Assembly: GCA_963844885.1 (NCBI GenBank)
Contig: CAWJQA010000018.1
Span: 208,675 to 272,674, forward strand
From: an uncultured Holophagales bacterium
GTDB taxonomy: Bacteria > Acidobacteriota > Thermoanaerobaculia > Multivoradales > UBA5704
Reading direction: 5' to 3'
Length of the DNA stretch: 64,000 nt
Shown: piece after piece, positions 53,204-62,738 of the stretch
Position numbering within the stretch: position 1 is the first letter of the stretch
Layout: the number at the start of each line of letters is the position of its first letter
Position numbers and translations under genes: made by a program
The notes under the pieces: model-generated
Seen by the model: only the letters and a program-made list of their open reading frames with translations
What the model was told of the DNA's origin: nothing
Databases searched by the model: none

Positions 53204-54130
53204 TCAGGGGATTCCGTACCTCTTTCTTTTCTCCCACAGGGCTTTGCGGCTGATGCCGAGCAGATCGGCGGCGTGGCCTTGGTGCCCTCGGGTGTAGGCG
53301 AGGGCCTTGCGGATCGCGTCGATCTCCATCTCCAGGAGAGGCCGCGGCCGGCCTTCGCCCGAGCCTTCCGGGGGCGGCGGATCGATGGGACCGGTTCCGG
53401 CGGCGTCAGCTAGAATCATCCCCCGCTCCAGGACGTTGCGGAGCTGCCGGAGGTTGCCCGGCCAGGGATGCTCCAGCATCCAGGACTGGGCCGATGGCGC
53501 GAGCCGCGGGTCCGGCCGGCCGAAGCGGAAGCCGAGATCCGACAGCAGGTGGTCCAGGATGGCCGGCAGGTCGCGCCGTCTTTCCCGCAGCGGCGGCAGG
53601 AGGAAGGCCAGCACCTCCAGCCGGTAGAAGAGGTCGGGACGGAAGGTCTGGCGCTCGACCCGGACCGGGAGGTCGTCCGGCGCGATGGCCACGAAGCGCA
53701 CGTCGGCGCTCCGCTCCGCGGCGCCGAGCGGCGAGTAGCGGCGCTCGGCGATGAGCCGCAGGAGCTTGGGCTGGATCGGCAGCGGCAGCTCCTCGACGTG
53801 GTCGAGGACGAGCGTCCCCCCTTCGGACCGCCCCATGCGGCCTTCGCTCGCCTGCTCGGCGCCGGTGAAGGCGCCGGCCCGGTAGCCGAAGAGCTCGCTC
53901 TCGAAGAGGGTGCCGGGGATCGCTCCCACGTCCACCTCCAGGAGCGGGCCGGCGGCGCGCCGGCTCGCCTCGTGGAGGGCGCGCGCCAGGGTGGAGCGGC
54001 CGGTCCCCGGCTCGCCGAGGATCAGCACCGGCGCGTCGGTGGCCGCGGCGCGCTCCGCCCCCTTCAGGCTTTCCGCCAGGACGGGGAAATCCCGGGTGAG
54101 CCTGGAGAGGGAGAGCGCGGTATTAGCCAC
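53204..54130 (-). CDS. Sigma-54-dependent transcriptional activator consisting only of an AAA+ domain and a C-terminal Fis-type HTH (PspF-like architecture)
   Basis: 308 aa. It carries VLILGEPGTGRSTLA (Walker A), ESELFGYRAGAFTGA (the GAFTGA loop), GGTLVLDHVEEL (Walker B) and a C-terminal HTH (..AADLLGISRKALWEKRKRYGI). Only ~20 aa precede the AAA+ core. Confidence 0.85.
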   Translation of the reverse strand: MANTALSLSRLTRDFPVLAESLKGAERAAATDAPVLILGEPGTGRSTLARALHEASRRAAGPLLEVDVGAIPGTLFESELFGYRAGAFTGAEQASEGRMGRSEGGTLVLDHVEELPLPIQPKLLRLIAERRYSPLGAAERSADVRFVAIAPDDLPVRVERQTFRPDLFYRLEVLAFLLPPLRERRRDLPAILDHLLSDLGFRFGRPDPRLAPSAQSWMLEHPWPGNLRQLRNVLERGMILADAAGTGPIDPPPPEGSGEGRPRPLLEMEIDAIRKALAYTRGHQGHAADLLGISRKALWEKRKRYGIP

Positions 54131-54156
54131 GGGGTCAGGGCCACGGGGTCAGGTGG

Positions 54157-54540
54157 TCACGCGCGGAATTCGTTCGTGACGTCGGGAGCGTCGCCCCAGA
54201 GGCGCTCGAGGGAGTAGAACCGCCTCGGCTCCTCCTGGAAGACGTGGACCACGAAGTCGCCGTAGTCGAGGAGGACCCATTGGCCGCGGTTGTAGCCCTC
54301 GACGTGGAGCGGGCGCACGCGCTCTTCCCGCATGCGCTCCTGCACGGCGTCGGCGATGGCCTGGACCTGGCGCTCGCTGGTGCCGCTGCAGATCAGGAAG
54401 TAGTCGGTGAAGTCGCTGACCTTCTCCAGGTGCAGCACCCGCAGATCGACCGCCTTGCGGTCCTCCGCGGCGGCGACGGCTTCACGCACTCGGGCTTGGG
54501 AATCGAGGAGAGGGGTGGGATTCGTGGCTTCCATTCTCAT
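54157..54540 (-). CDS. rsfS: Ribosomal silencing factor RsfS
   Basis: Internal ATG overlapping the nadD stop. The sequence reads DRKAVDLRVLHLEKVSDFTDYFLICSGTSERQVQAIADAV..GYNRGQWVLLDYGDFVVHVF..R.FY.LE.LW. Confidence 0.85.
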   Translation of the reverse strand: MRMEATNPTPLLDSQARVREAVAAAEDRKAVDLRVLHLEKVSDFTDYFLICSGTSERQVQAIADAVQERMREERVRPLHVEGYNRGQWVLLDYGDFVVHVFQEEPRRFYSLERLWGDAPDVTNEFRA

Positions 54541-55139
54541 GTGTACAGGCCGTACTTTTGCACGTATCGTACCACCGAGTGGGGCACCGTTTCCGCCGGT
54601 GGGGCCTCCCCCAGGGCGAACAGCTCCCGCAATCGGGTCGAGGAGACGTCGACAGGCGGCTGGCGCAGGAAATCGACCCGGCCGCCGCGCGCCAGGGCGG
54701 CTAGCTCCGGGGACAGCGGCGGCTCCTCCAGAGTCCACCCCGGCCGCGTGAGCACGGCGAGGCGGGCCAGGTCCGGGATCTCCTGCCAGCGCACCCAGTG
54801 GTCCAGCTCGGCGTAGGAGTCGCCGCCGACGATCAGGTAGAGCTCCGCGCCCGGCTGCGTCCGCCGGAAGTGCTCCAGGGTCTCCACGGTGTAGGCCGGG
54901 CGCTCCAGGGTCAGCTCGAAGGTGGAGGCGTAGAGCCCCTCTTCGTCCAGGAGCGCCATCTCCACCATGGCGTAGCGGGCGTGGGCCGGCGCCAGGGCCC
55001 GTCCCGGCTTGTGCGGCGGCAGCGCGGTGGGCAGGTAGATGACGCGGTCGAGCCGCAGCTCCCGGCGCGCGGCCTGGACGGGATCGACGTGCCCGCGGTG
55101 GATCGGATCGAAGCTGCCTCCGAAGAGACCGATCCTCAT
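54537..55139 (-). CDS. nadD: Nicotinate-nucleotide adenylyltransferase
   Basis: MRIGLFGGSFDPIHRGH...YLPTALPPHK...GGDSYAELDHW. The ATG overlaps the obg stop (ATGA). Confidence 0.85.
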   Translation of the reverse strand: MRIGLFGGSFDPIHRGHVDPVQAARRELRLDRVIYLPTALPPHKPGRALAPAHARYAMVEMALLDEEGLYASTFELTLERPAYTVETLEHFRRTQPGAELYLIVGGDSYAELDHWVRWQEIPDLARLAVLTRPGWTLEEPPLSPELAALARGGRVDFLRQPPVDVSSTRLRELFALGEAPPAETVPHSVVRYVQKYGLYT

Positions 55140-56176
55140 GGGTTCACGGTCTCCTCCACACATGCCTCTTCCCGCGATGCCCGCAGGCCGCGGGCGAGCT
55201 CCGCGATCAGCGCCGGGATGCCTTCATGAGTGGCCGAGCTGATCTCCAGGTAGGGCAGGCCGCGCGCTTCGGCCTCGCGGCGCAGCGCCTCCCGGCGCTC
55301 GGGGAGGGCGGCGTCCAGCTTGCTGCCGGCGATCAGCCGGGGCCGTTGGAGCAGCTCCTCGTTGAACGCCCCCAGCTCCGCCTCGACCGTCGCCAGGTCG
55401 GCGGCGGCATTTCCGGGTCCCTCGGGGCTGGAGAGGTCGACCAGGTGGAGGAGCACGCGGCAGCGCTCGACGTGGCGCAGGAACTGGAAGCCGAGGCCGG
55501 CGCCCTGGGCCGCACCGGCGATCAGGCCGGGCAGGTCGGCGATGACGAACGGCTCGGCCAGCGGCCCCTCGGCCACGACGCCGAGCTGCGGCACCAGGGT
55601 CGTGAACGGGTAGTCGGCGATCTTCGGCTTCGCCGCGGAGATGACGCTGATCAGGGTCGACTTGCCGGCGTTGGGCAGGCCGATGACGCCCACGTCGGCC
55701 AGGAGCTTGAGCTCCAGCCGCAGGCGGCGCTCCCCGCCTTCGCCTCCGGGCTCGGCGCGGCGCGGCGCCTGGTCCGTGGCGGTGGCGAAGCGGGCGTTGC
55801 CGCGTCCGCCGCGCCCGCCCCCGGCGACCTGGAGGCGCTCGCCGTCCTCGACGATCTCGCCGAGCATCTCTTCGGTATCGTCGTCGTAGGCCACGGTGCC
55901 GAGGGGGACCGGGATCACCAGGTCCTCCGAGGTCTTGCCGCTCTTGTTCGAGCCCTCGCCGTGACGGCCGCGGCCGGCCGCGTACAGCGACTGGAACCGG
56001 AGGTGATAGAGCGTGTTGCGGTTGTTCTCGCCGGCCAGGTAGACGGCGCCGCCGTCGCCGCCGTCGCCGCCGGACGGGCCGCCCCGCGGCACGTACTTCT
56101 CGCGCCGGAACGCGACACATCCGTTCCCGCCCCGCCCTCCGCGGACGTGGATCCTGGCTTCGTCGATGAAGATCAA
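55136..56176 (-). CDS. obg: GTPase Obg/CgtA
   Basis: 346 aa. FIDEARIHVRGGRGGNGCVAFRREKYVPRGGPSGGDGGDGG is the Obg fold, followed by ADVGVIGLPNAGKSTLIS. It has a TTG start. Confidence 0.9.
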   Translation of the reverse strand: MIFIDEARIHVRGGRGGNGCVAFRREKYVPRGGPSGGDGGDGGAVYLAGENNRNTLYHLRFQSLYAAGRGRHGEGSNKSGKTSEDLVIPVPLGTVAYDDDTEEMLGEIVEDGERLQVAGGGRGGRGNARFATATDQAPRRAEPGGEGGERRLRLELKLLADVGVIGLPNAGKSTLISVISAAKPKIADYPFTTLVPQLGVVAEGPLAEPFVIADLPGLIAGAAQGAGLGFQFLRHVERCRVLLHLVDLSSPEGPGNAAADLATVEAELGAFNEELLQRPRLIAGSKLDAALPERREALRREAEARGLPYLEISSATHEGIPALIAELARGLRASREEACVEETVNP

Positions 56177-56228
56177 GGTTGCTTTCGGTGAGGGAGCCGG
56201 GGGACCCGGCTCCCTTGGGAGATCGAGA

Positions 56229-56507
56229 TCAGGAAACCGCTTCGGAAGACTCGGCAGGGAGCAGGATGTGGATGAACTTCCCGCGCCGGCCCTTGTCCTG
56301 GAACTTCACCACGCCGTCGCGCTTGGCGAACAGGGTGTCGTCCTTGCCGCGGCCGACGTTCAGGCCGGGGAAGAAGACGGTCCCGCGCTGGCGCACGAGG
56401 ATCGTGCCGCCCGTGACGCGCTCGCCGCCGTAGGCCTTGACGCCGAGGTGCTGGGCGTTCGAGTCGCGGCCGTTGCGGCTGGAGCCCTGTCCTTTCTTGT
56501 GTGCCAT
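56229..56507 (-). CDS. rpmA: 50S ribosomal protein L27
   Basis: [43 protein letters not shown]. Confidence 0.95.
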   Translation of the reverse strand: MAHKKGQGSSRNGRDSNAQHLGVKAYGGERVTGGTILVRQRGTVFFPGLNVGRGKDDTLFAKRDGVVKFQDKGRRGKFIHILLPAESSEAVS

Positions 56508-56537
56508 GACTTGAGTACCTCTCAGAAGCGAGCCGCC

Positions 56538-56864
56538 TCAGGGCAGCTCGATGCCTTCGATACGGATCCGCAGGAGATCCTGGCGGTGCCCCGTCGTGCG
56601 GCGGTAGGTCGTCCGCTTCTTCTTCTTGAAGACCCGGATCTTGGGACCCCGGACCTCGCCGACGACCGACGCCTTGACCAGCGCGCCGGCGAGCGCCGGG
56701 CTGCCGAGCTGCGCGCCGCTGTCGCCGTTGACCATCAGAACGCGGTCGAACCGGAGCGAGCCGTCGCCCTCTGTGGTTCCCGCCACGCGCTCCACGTCGA
56801 TCACGTCGCCCGGAGCGACGCGGTATTGCTTGCCACCCGTTTCGATCACTGCGTACATAGACAT
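56538..56864 (-). CDS. rplU: 50S ribosomal protein L21
   Basis: MYAVIETGGKQYRVAPGDVIDVE... The true start may be the second Met at 56858. Confidence 0.9.
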   Translation of the reverse strand: MSMYAVIETGGKQYRVAPGDVIDVERVAGTTEGDGSLRFDRVLMVNGDSGAQLGSPALAGALVKASVVGEVRGPKIRVFKKKKRTTYRRTTGHRQDLLRIRIEGIELP

Positions 56865-57094
56865 TGCTCCCAGAATCGACTCCCAAAGGCGTCTGCTCAG
56901 ACGCGTGGACGGCGAAACCTACCACAGGGCCGCGCTTCGGTCAACCACCCGGGCCGTGCTGTATCCTCACGCCATGCTGCTGCGCCTCTTCTACGCCCCG
57001 GCCGCGCGCCAGACCGTCCCCACCGTCCCAATCGCGGCCAAAACGGCCTAGAATCCCTCCGCGAAGCTCTTGGACTCAGAGGAAGGAGGCGTCC

Positions 57095-57256
57095 ATGGCC
57101 AGCCCGGAGTACGTCATCTGTCTCGACTGCGAAAGCCCCTGCTACGAGTTCGAATGGGAGGACGGCGAGATCAGCGAGGCCCTCTGCACGACGTGCGGCA
57201 ACGACCACGCCGACCAGTTCGTCCTGCCCGAAGACTTCGACGAGATGACCTCCTAG
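57095..57256 (+). CDS. Small acidic zinc-ribbon-like protein (53 aa)
   Basis: Internal ATG preceded by ggaaggagg. MASPEYVICLDCESPCYEFEWEDGEISEALCTTCGNDH contains CxxC...CxxC. The upstream part of track ORF 56864..57256 is shadow sequence. Confidence 0.45.
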   Translation: MASPEYVICLDCESPCYEFEWEDGEISEALCTTCGNDHADQFVLPEDFDEMTS

Positions 57257-57319
57257 CGCTCCCGGTTTGCACCCCGCTTTGCAGCCAAGACTTTTTCCTC
57301 TAAGATCCACGCCCTGCCC

Positions 57320-58639
57320 ATGGCGAAACGACGTCTTCCGCTGCACACGCGCATCCTGCTCGGCGGCCTCTTCGGGGCCGTCGCCGGGATCGTCGCGCAC
57401 CTGCTGCTCGCCACGCCGGAGGGGATCTCGCCCGGCCTCGGGCGGTTCATCCACTTCGTCACCGGGCCGATCGGGCAGATCTTCCTGCGCCTCCTCTTCA
57501 TGCTGGTGGTGCCGCTGATCTTCTCCGCGCTCGTCCTGGGGGTGGTGGAGATGGGCGACCCCCGCCGGCTGGGGCGCATCGGGGTCAAGACTCTCGCCTA
57601 CACCGTCGTGGTCTCGGCGATCGCGGTCCTCATCGGCGTCACCCTGGTCAACGTGCTGCAGCCGGGCGCGGGCATCTCTCCCGAGATGAAGGCGCGGCTG
57701 ACGGCCGGCGCCGCGGCGCGGGCCTCGTCCGTGTCGTCCGCGTCGTCTGGCTCCTCGGCCGCCGCGCCCAAGACCGGCATCGACCTGCTCGTCCAGATCG
57801 TCCCCGGCAACCCCATCAAGGCCGCCGCCGAAGGCGACATGCTCGGGGTGATGTTCTTCTCGCTGATGATCGGGATCGCGCTCTCGATCGTCCGCACCGA
57901 AGCCACGGCGCGGCTCCAGGAGGCGGTCCAGGGCCTCTACGACGTCACCATGTGGCTGATCGGGTGGGTCATCTCGCTCGCTCCGGTCGGGGTGGCGGCG
58001 CTGCTGTTCAACCTCACCGCGGAGCTCGGCTACGAGATCCTGCGGCAGCTTGCGTTCTTCGTCGGCGTGGTGGTTCTGGCGCTCGCCATCCACCAGTTCG
58101 TGGTCTACTCCCTGGCCGTCCGCCTGTTCGGCGGCATGAGCCCCCTGTTCTTCTTCCGCGGTATCGAGGAGGCGATGATCACCGCCTTCTCGACCGCGTC
58201 GAGCAACGCCACCCTCCCGACCGCCCTCAAGGTGGCGGAGGAGAACCTGCGCCTTCCGGCGTCGGTCAGCCGCTTCGTCCTGACGGTCGGTTCGACGATG
58301 AACCAGAACGGGACGGCGCTGTTCGAGGGGGTGACGGTGCTGTTTCTCGCTCAGTTCTATGGCGTACACCTGTCCCTCGGGGAGCAGATCACGGTGGTGC
58401 TGATCTGCATCCTGGGGGGGATCGGCACGGCGGGCGTGCCCGCGGGCTCGATCCCGGTGGTGGCGCTGATCCTCGGCCTGGTGGGGGTGCCGGTGGAAGG
58501 GATCGGCCTCATCCTGGGGGTCGACCGGTTCCTGGACATGTGCCGGACCACCCTCAACGTGACAGGGGACCTGGCCGCGGCAGTCGTGGTATCCCGCGGG
58601 GAGGGGCCGGACCTGCCGGCGCCCGCTCCCGCGATCTGA
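57320..58639 (+). CDS. Dicarboxylate/amino acid:cation symporter (DAACS family)
   Basis: 439 aa. It carries FSTASSNATLP, VGSTMNQNGTALFEG, AGVPAGS and DRFLDMCRTTLNVTGD. Confidence 0.85.
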   Translation: MAKRRLPLHTRILLGGLFGAVAGIVAHLLLATPEGISPGLGRFIHFVTGPIGQIFLRLLFMLVVPLIFSALVLGVVEMGDPRRLGRIGVKTLAYTVVVSAIAVLIGVTLVNVLQPGAGISPEMKARLTAGAAARASSVSSASSGSSAAAPKTGIDLLVQIVPGNPIKAAAEGDMLGVMFFSLMIGIALSIVRTEATARLQEAVQGLYDVTMWLIGWVISLAPVGVAALLFNLTAELGYEILRQLAFFVGVVVLALAIHQFVVYSLAVRLFGGMSPLFFFRGIEEAMITAFSTASSNATLPTALKVAEENLRLPASVSRFVLTVGSTMNQNGTALFEGVTVLFLAQFYGVHLSLGEQITVVLICILGGIGTAGVPAGSIPVVALILGLVGVPVEGIGLILGVDRFLDMCRTTLNVTGDLAAAVVVSRGEGPDLPAPAPAI

Positions 58640-58712
58640 GAAATGGAAAGAGGCTCACCTCCGGGAACCAAATCGGAGGTGCTCCCATCTAATGTGGCGG
58701 AGAGGTGAACCA

Positions 58713-59555
58713 ATGAAAAGACCGCTTCCCATCCTTCTCGCCCTTCTTATGCTGGTCCCGGTCCTTGGCGGATGCCAGAAGGTCCGGGCCCGCGCCGAGA
58801 TGAAGAAGGGCAACGAGATGTACCACGACGAGGCTTACCGCGAGGCCCTCGCCCAGTACCAGAAAGGCCTCGAGCTCGACCCGAGCGCGACCTTCGCCTG
58901 GCGCTCGGTCGGCCTGAGCGCCCTCGCCCTCTTCCGGCCCGGCGAGAACAGCAAGGCCAACCGGGAGATGGGCGACCTGGCGATCAAGGCGTTCGAGAAC
59001 TATCTCGTGGACTACCCCGACGACCAGAAGGTCCGGGACTACCTGATCTCCACTTACGTCAACACCAAGAAGTACGACCAGGCGCTCGCCTACCTCGAGA
59101 AGCAGGCCAAGGCGAACCCCCAGGACGCCACGCTCAAGGCCTCTCAGGTGCGCCTCCTGATCGAGTCCGACCGCCTGCCCAGGGCCACCGAGGTGGCGCG
59201 CAGCATGCCCGACGGGCAGCCCAAGGCCGAGGCCCTGTACTCGGTCGGCGTCTCCACCTGGGACAAGTCCTACCACGGCACGGACCTCCCCATCGAGGAG
59301 CGCCAGAAGTTCGTGGACCTGGGCCTGGGCGCCATGGGCGACGCGCTCAAAATCAATCCCGAGTACTTCGAGGCTCTGGTGTACAACAACCTCCTTCTCC
59401 GCGAGAAGGCGAAGATGGAGCTGGACGGTACCAAGAAGCTCGAGTACATCGCCAAGGCCGACGAGTTCGTGGCCAAGGCGAAGGAAGTGCGCAAGAAGCA
59501 AGTCGAGGAAGAGAAGAAGAAGCAGGCCGAGCAGGCCAAGACGACCCAAAGCTAG
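58713..59555 (+). CDS. TPR-like lipoprotein
   Basis: MKRPLPILLALLMLVPVLGGC is a lipobox-type signal. Helical repeat sequence follows (YREALAQYQKGLELDP..). It lies upstream of tonB-exbBD. Confidence 0.6.
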   Translation: MKRPLPILLALLMLVPVLGGCQKVRARAEMKKGNEMYHDEAYREALAQYQKGLELDPSATFAWRSVGLSALALFRPGENSKANREMGDLAIKAFENYLVDYPDDQKVRDYLISTYVNTKKYDQALAYLEKQAKANPQDATLKASQVRLLIESDRLPRATEVARSMPDGQPKAEALYSVGVSTWDKSYHGTDLPIEERQKFVDLGLGAMGDALKINPEYFEALVYNNLLLREKAKMELDGTKKLEYIAKADEFVAKAKEVRKKQVEEEKKKQAEQAKTTQS

Positions 59556-59570
59556 AACAGGTGGGGAACC

Positions 59571-60344
59571 ATGTTCGAAGACTCTTTGCTAGAGCTGGAC
59601 CAGAAGAGAAAGAAGAAGAGCGGCCTCGTCCGTCTCATCGTCTTGCCGCTCGCCATCCTGATTCACCTGGCGGCGGGAGGCGCGTTCCTCTTCGCCAACT
59701 ATTGGCAGGTGGATCCGGTCCCGGAGCCGCCGATCAACGTCGTGTTCTTCAGCGCGGCGGCCCCGCCGCCTCCGCCGCCTCCTCCGCCGCCGCCACCGGC
59801 GGCTCCCAAGGCGACGCCCAAGGCGGAGGTGCCGAAGGAGGTGCCGATCGTCCGGCCGACCGAGCCGGTACAGCCGGTCGAGGTGCCTGAGAACCTGCCG
59901 AAGCCCGGACAGGTCGAAGAGGTCGCCGGCGGCGTCGAGGGTGGCGTCGAGGGTGGTGTCGAGGGCGGCGTGGCCGGCGGTGTGGTCGGCGGCGTCGTCG
60001 GCGGCACCGTCGGCGGTACGCCCGGCGGCGTGCCCGGCGGCGTGGTCACCGACGAGCCGCTGCGGGTGGGCGGCGCGGTCACCCGGCCCGAGAAGACCTC
60101 CGGCTCCCCGCCGGTCTACACCGAGCTGGCGCGCAAGGCCCGGGTGACGGGCGTGGTGATCGTGGAAGCGATCATCGACGAGCGCGGCAACGTCGTGAAC
60201 GCCCGGGTGCTCAAGGGGCTGCCGATGGGTCTCGACAAGTCCGCTCTGGACGCCGTGGAGCGCTGGAAATTCAAGCCGGCCACCCTGCAGGGCAAGCCGG
60301 TCAAGGTCTATTACACGCTAACCGTCAATTTCACCATGCAGTAG
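59571..60344 (+). CDS. tonB: Energy transducer TonB
   Basis: It has an N-terminal TM segment, a poly-Pro run (PPPPPPPPPPPPP), a GGV(E/V) repeat linker, and the C-terminal TonB domain (PVYTELARKARVTGVVIVEAIIDERGNV..ALDAVERWKFKPA). Confidence 0.85.
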   Translation: MFEDSLLELDQKRKKKSGLVRLIVLPLAILIHLAAGGAFLFANYWQVDPVPEPPINVVFFSAAAPPPPPPPPPPPPAAPKATPKAEVPKEVPIVRPTEPVQPVEVPENLPKPGQVEEVAGGVEGGVEGGVEGGVAGGVVGGVVGGTVGGTPGGVPGGVVTDEPLRVGGAVTRPEKTSGSPPVYTELARKARVTGVVIVEAIIDERGNVVNARVLKGLPMGLDKSALDAVERWKFKPATLQGKPVKVYYTLTVNFTMQ

Positions 60345-60378
60345 GCGCCGCGGCGCTCGCACAAAGGAGAGAACGAGT

Positions 60379-61059
60379 ATGGATTTCAGTCCTCTAGCCC
60401 TCTGGGAGACCATGACCCCCATTGCCCGGGGCGTCGTGGTCGCGCTGCTCATCCTGTCGGTCTGGTCGCTGTACATCTCGGTCGAGCGGGTCCTGGTCTT
60501 CCGCAAGGCCCAGAAACAGTCGCTCGCGTTCGCCAAGCTCGCCACCGAGCACCTGAAGCACGACCGGCCCCAGGCGGTGATCGACGCCGCCAGCAAGTAT
60601 CCCGGCAGCCACCTGGCCCGCGTCGTCAGCGCCGGCCTGCAGGCATTCCAGTTCGAGGTTCAGACGAGCCCGCTTTCCGAGCTCGAAGTGGTCGAGGCCG
60701 CCAGCCGCGCCGTCGAGCGCTCCACGCTGCTCACCGTTTCCGACTTCAAGCGCGGCATCGGCCACCTCGCGACGATCGCCACGACGGCCCCCTTCATCGG
60801 CCTGTTCGGCACCGTGATCGGCATCATCAACGCCTTCCGCGGCATGGCCATGAGCGGCTCGGGTGGTATCGGCGCGGTCTCGGCCGGTATCGCCGAAGCG
60901 CTCGTCACCACGGCTCTCGGCCTGTTCGTGGCCATCCCGGCCGCCTGGATGTTCAACTACTTCACCAACAAGCTCGAGCGGCTTCAGGTCGAGATGTCGA
61001 ACTCGTCCTCCGAGCTGATCGACTTCTTCATGAAAAAGCAGAAGAAAAATGCTGCTTAA
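60379..61059 (+). CDS. exbB: MotA/TolQ/ExbB proton channel protein
   Basis: 226 aa. ATTAPFIGLFGTVIGIINAF..IAEALVTTALGLFVAIPA. Confidence 0.85.
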   Translation: MDFSPLALWETMTPIARGVVVALLILSVWSLYISVERVLVFRKAQKQSLAFAKLATEHLKHDRPQAVIDAASKYPGSHLARVVSAGLQAFQFEVQTSPLSELEVVEAASRAVERSTLLTVSDFKRGIGHLATIATTAPFIGLFGTVIGIINAFRGMAMSGSGGIGAVSAGIAEALVTTALGLFVAIPAAWMFNYFTNKLERLQVEMSNSSSELIDFFMKKQKKNAA

Positions 61060-61078
61060 ACTCGGCAGGAAACACACG

Positions 61079-61489
61079 ATGGAAGCTCCGGAGGTCCGGA
61101 GCGACATCAACGTCACACCCCTGGTGGACGTCTGCCTCGTGCTCCTGATCATCTTCATGGTGGTGACGCCTCTCCTTCAGAAGGGCGTCAACGTCACCCT
61201 GCCGTCCACGGGCGACCCCGAGAAGATGCCGGAGAACGAGAAGCAACTGGAGGTCTCGATCAAGGCGGACGGCAATGTCTTCCTGGGACAGAACTGGGTC
61301 TCCGACGATACCCTCCCGGGTGCTCTGAAAGAGGTCTACGACACCAACCCTGAGCGGCAGGTGGTGGTGAAGGGCGACAAGCGCCTCAAGTACAAGGAGG
61401 TCCGCAAGGTGATGCGGCTGATCAACGAGGCCGGCTTCACCCGCGTCGGCCTCATCACCGAGAAGAGGGACACTGGCGGCGCGGCCTAG
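61079..61489 (+). CDS. exbD: Biopolymer transport protein ExbD/TolR (copy 1)
   Basis: DINVTPLVDVCLVLLIIFMV... An alternative ATG lies at 61049. Confidence 0.8.
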   Translation: MEAPEVRSDINVTPLVDVCLVLLIIFMVVTPLLQKGVNVTLPSTGDPEKMPENEKQLEVSIKADGNVFLGQNWVSDDTLPGALKEVYDTNPERQVVVKGDKRLKYKEVRKVMRLINEAGFTRVGLITEKRDTGGAA

Positions 61490-61514
61490 CGTCCACCGCT
61501 GGAGGTAACGCAAA

Positions 61515-61976
<462 letters not shown>

Positions 61977-62172
61977 GGGTTGATCCCGTTCCCCCTCTCC
62001 CCAACCCTCTCCCCCGTTCCGGGGGAGAGGGAGCACGGGAGGCCGGAGGACGGGAGCAGGACTGAAGGGGCGTAGGGGCGTGGCCTGGCCAGGCTGCGTC
62101 CCTTTGTTTTTCTGGCCCCCTCTCCCCCGGCACGGGGGAGAGGGCTGGGGAGAGGGGGAACGGGATCAACCC
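61977..62172. repeat. Pair of inverted 55-nt repeat units (53/55 identical), each with an internal 11-bp-stem hairpin, separated by 86 nt; REP/MITE-like element between convergent genes
   Basis: The left unit at 61977-62031 is gggttgatcccgttccccctctccccaaccctctcccccgttccgggggagaggg. The right unit at 62118-62172 is its reverse complement with 2 mismatches. The internal hairpin is ccctctccccc-N5-gggggagaggg. Confidence 0.75.
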
Positions 62173-62178
62173 AGAGCT

Positions 62179-62634
62179 TCAACCCAACAGGGCGCGGAGG
62201 CGGCCCAAGACCCGGTTGACCAGGTTGCTCCGCGAGAGGAAGGGGATCATCGGCCCCTGGCGGATCCCCAGGTCGCGGTAGAGGGCCAGCAGATCCAGGC
62301 TCTGCGGATCGACCTTGAGGCCCTTGCGGACGGCCCGCACCGCTCCCCGCCGGTCCCGCGCCAGCAGGCAGGTGCGCGCCAGGTTCAGGAAGTTCTCCGA
62401 CTCGTAGAACTCCACCTTGATCGAGTGGTGGCAGAGCTGCAGCCCTTCCTTGACCTTCCCCTGGCAGCGGGCGATCCCATAGCCGAGATAGGAGTAGAAA
62501 AGGCCCGGCATGGCACGCTCGCCCGACTCCGCCAGCCGGCCCAGGTGGTAGAGGCCGCTGTCCCAGTCACCGGCCCGGCAGAGATAGAGGGCACGGCCCA
62601 GGGCATCCGAGATCTCGCGTCGAACGGCCTTCAT
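62179..62634 (-). CDS. Hypothetical protein, TPR-like helical repeats
   Basis: 151-aa ORF with helical repeat-like sequence (GLYHLGRLAESG..FYSYLGYGIARCQGKVKEGLQLC..NLARTCLLARDRRGAVRAVRKGLKVDP). Confidence 0.5.
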   Translation of the reverse strand: MKAVRREISDALGRALYLCRAGDWDSGLYHLGRLAESGERAMPGLFYSYLGYGIARCQGKVKEGLQLCHHSIKVEFYESENFLNLARTCLLARDRRGAVRAVRKGLKVDPQSLDLLALYRDLGIRQGPMIPFLSRSNLVNRVLGRLRALLG

Positions 62635-62738
62635 GGTTGGATGACTCCAAAATATTCCCCAATCTACATAAGAAGATGCCGGATGGCAAGGGCCTCTCTC
62701 CGTGCTAAACTCGGTGGCTGGTTTGAAGAAGGGGCTGT

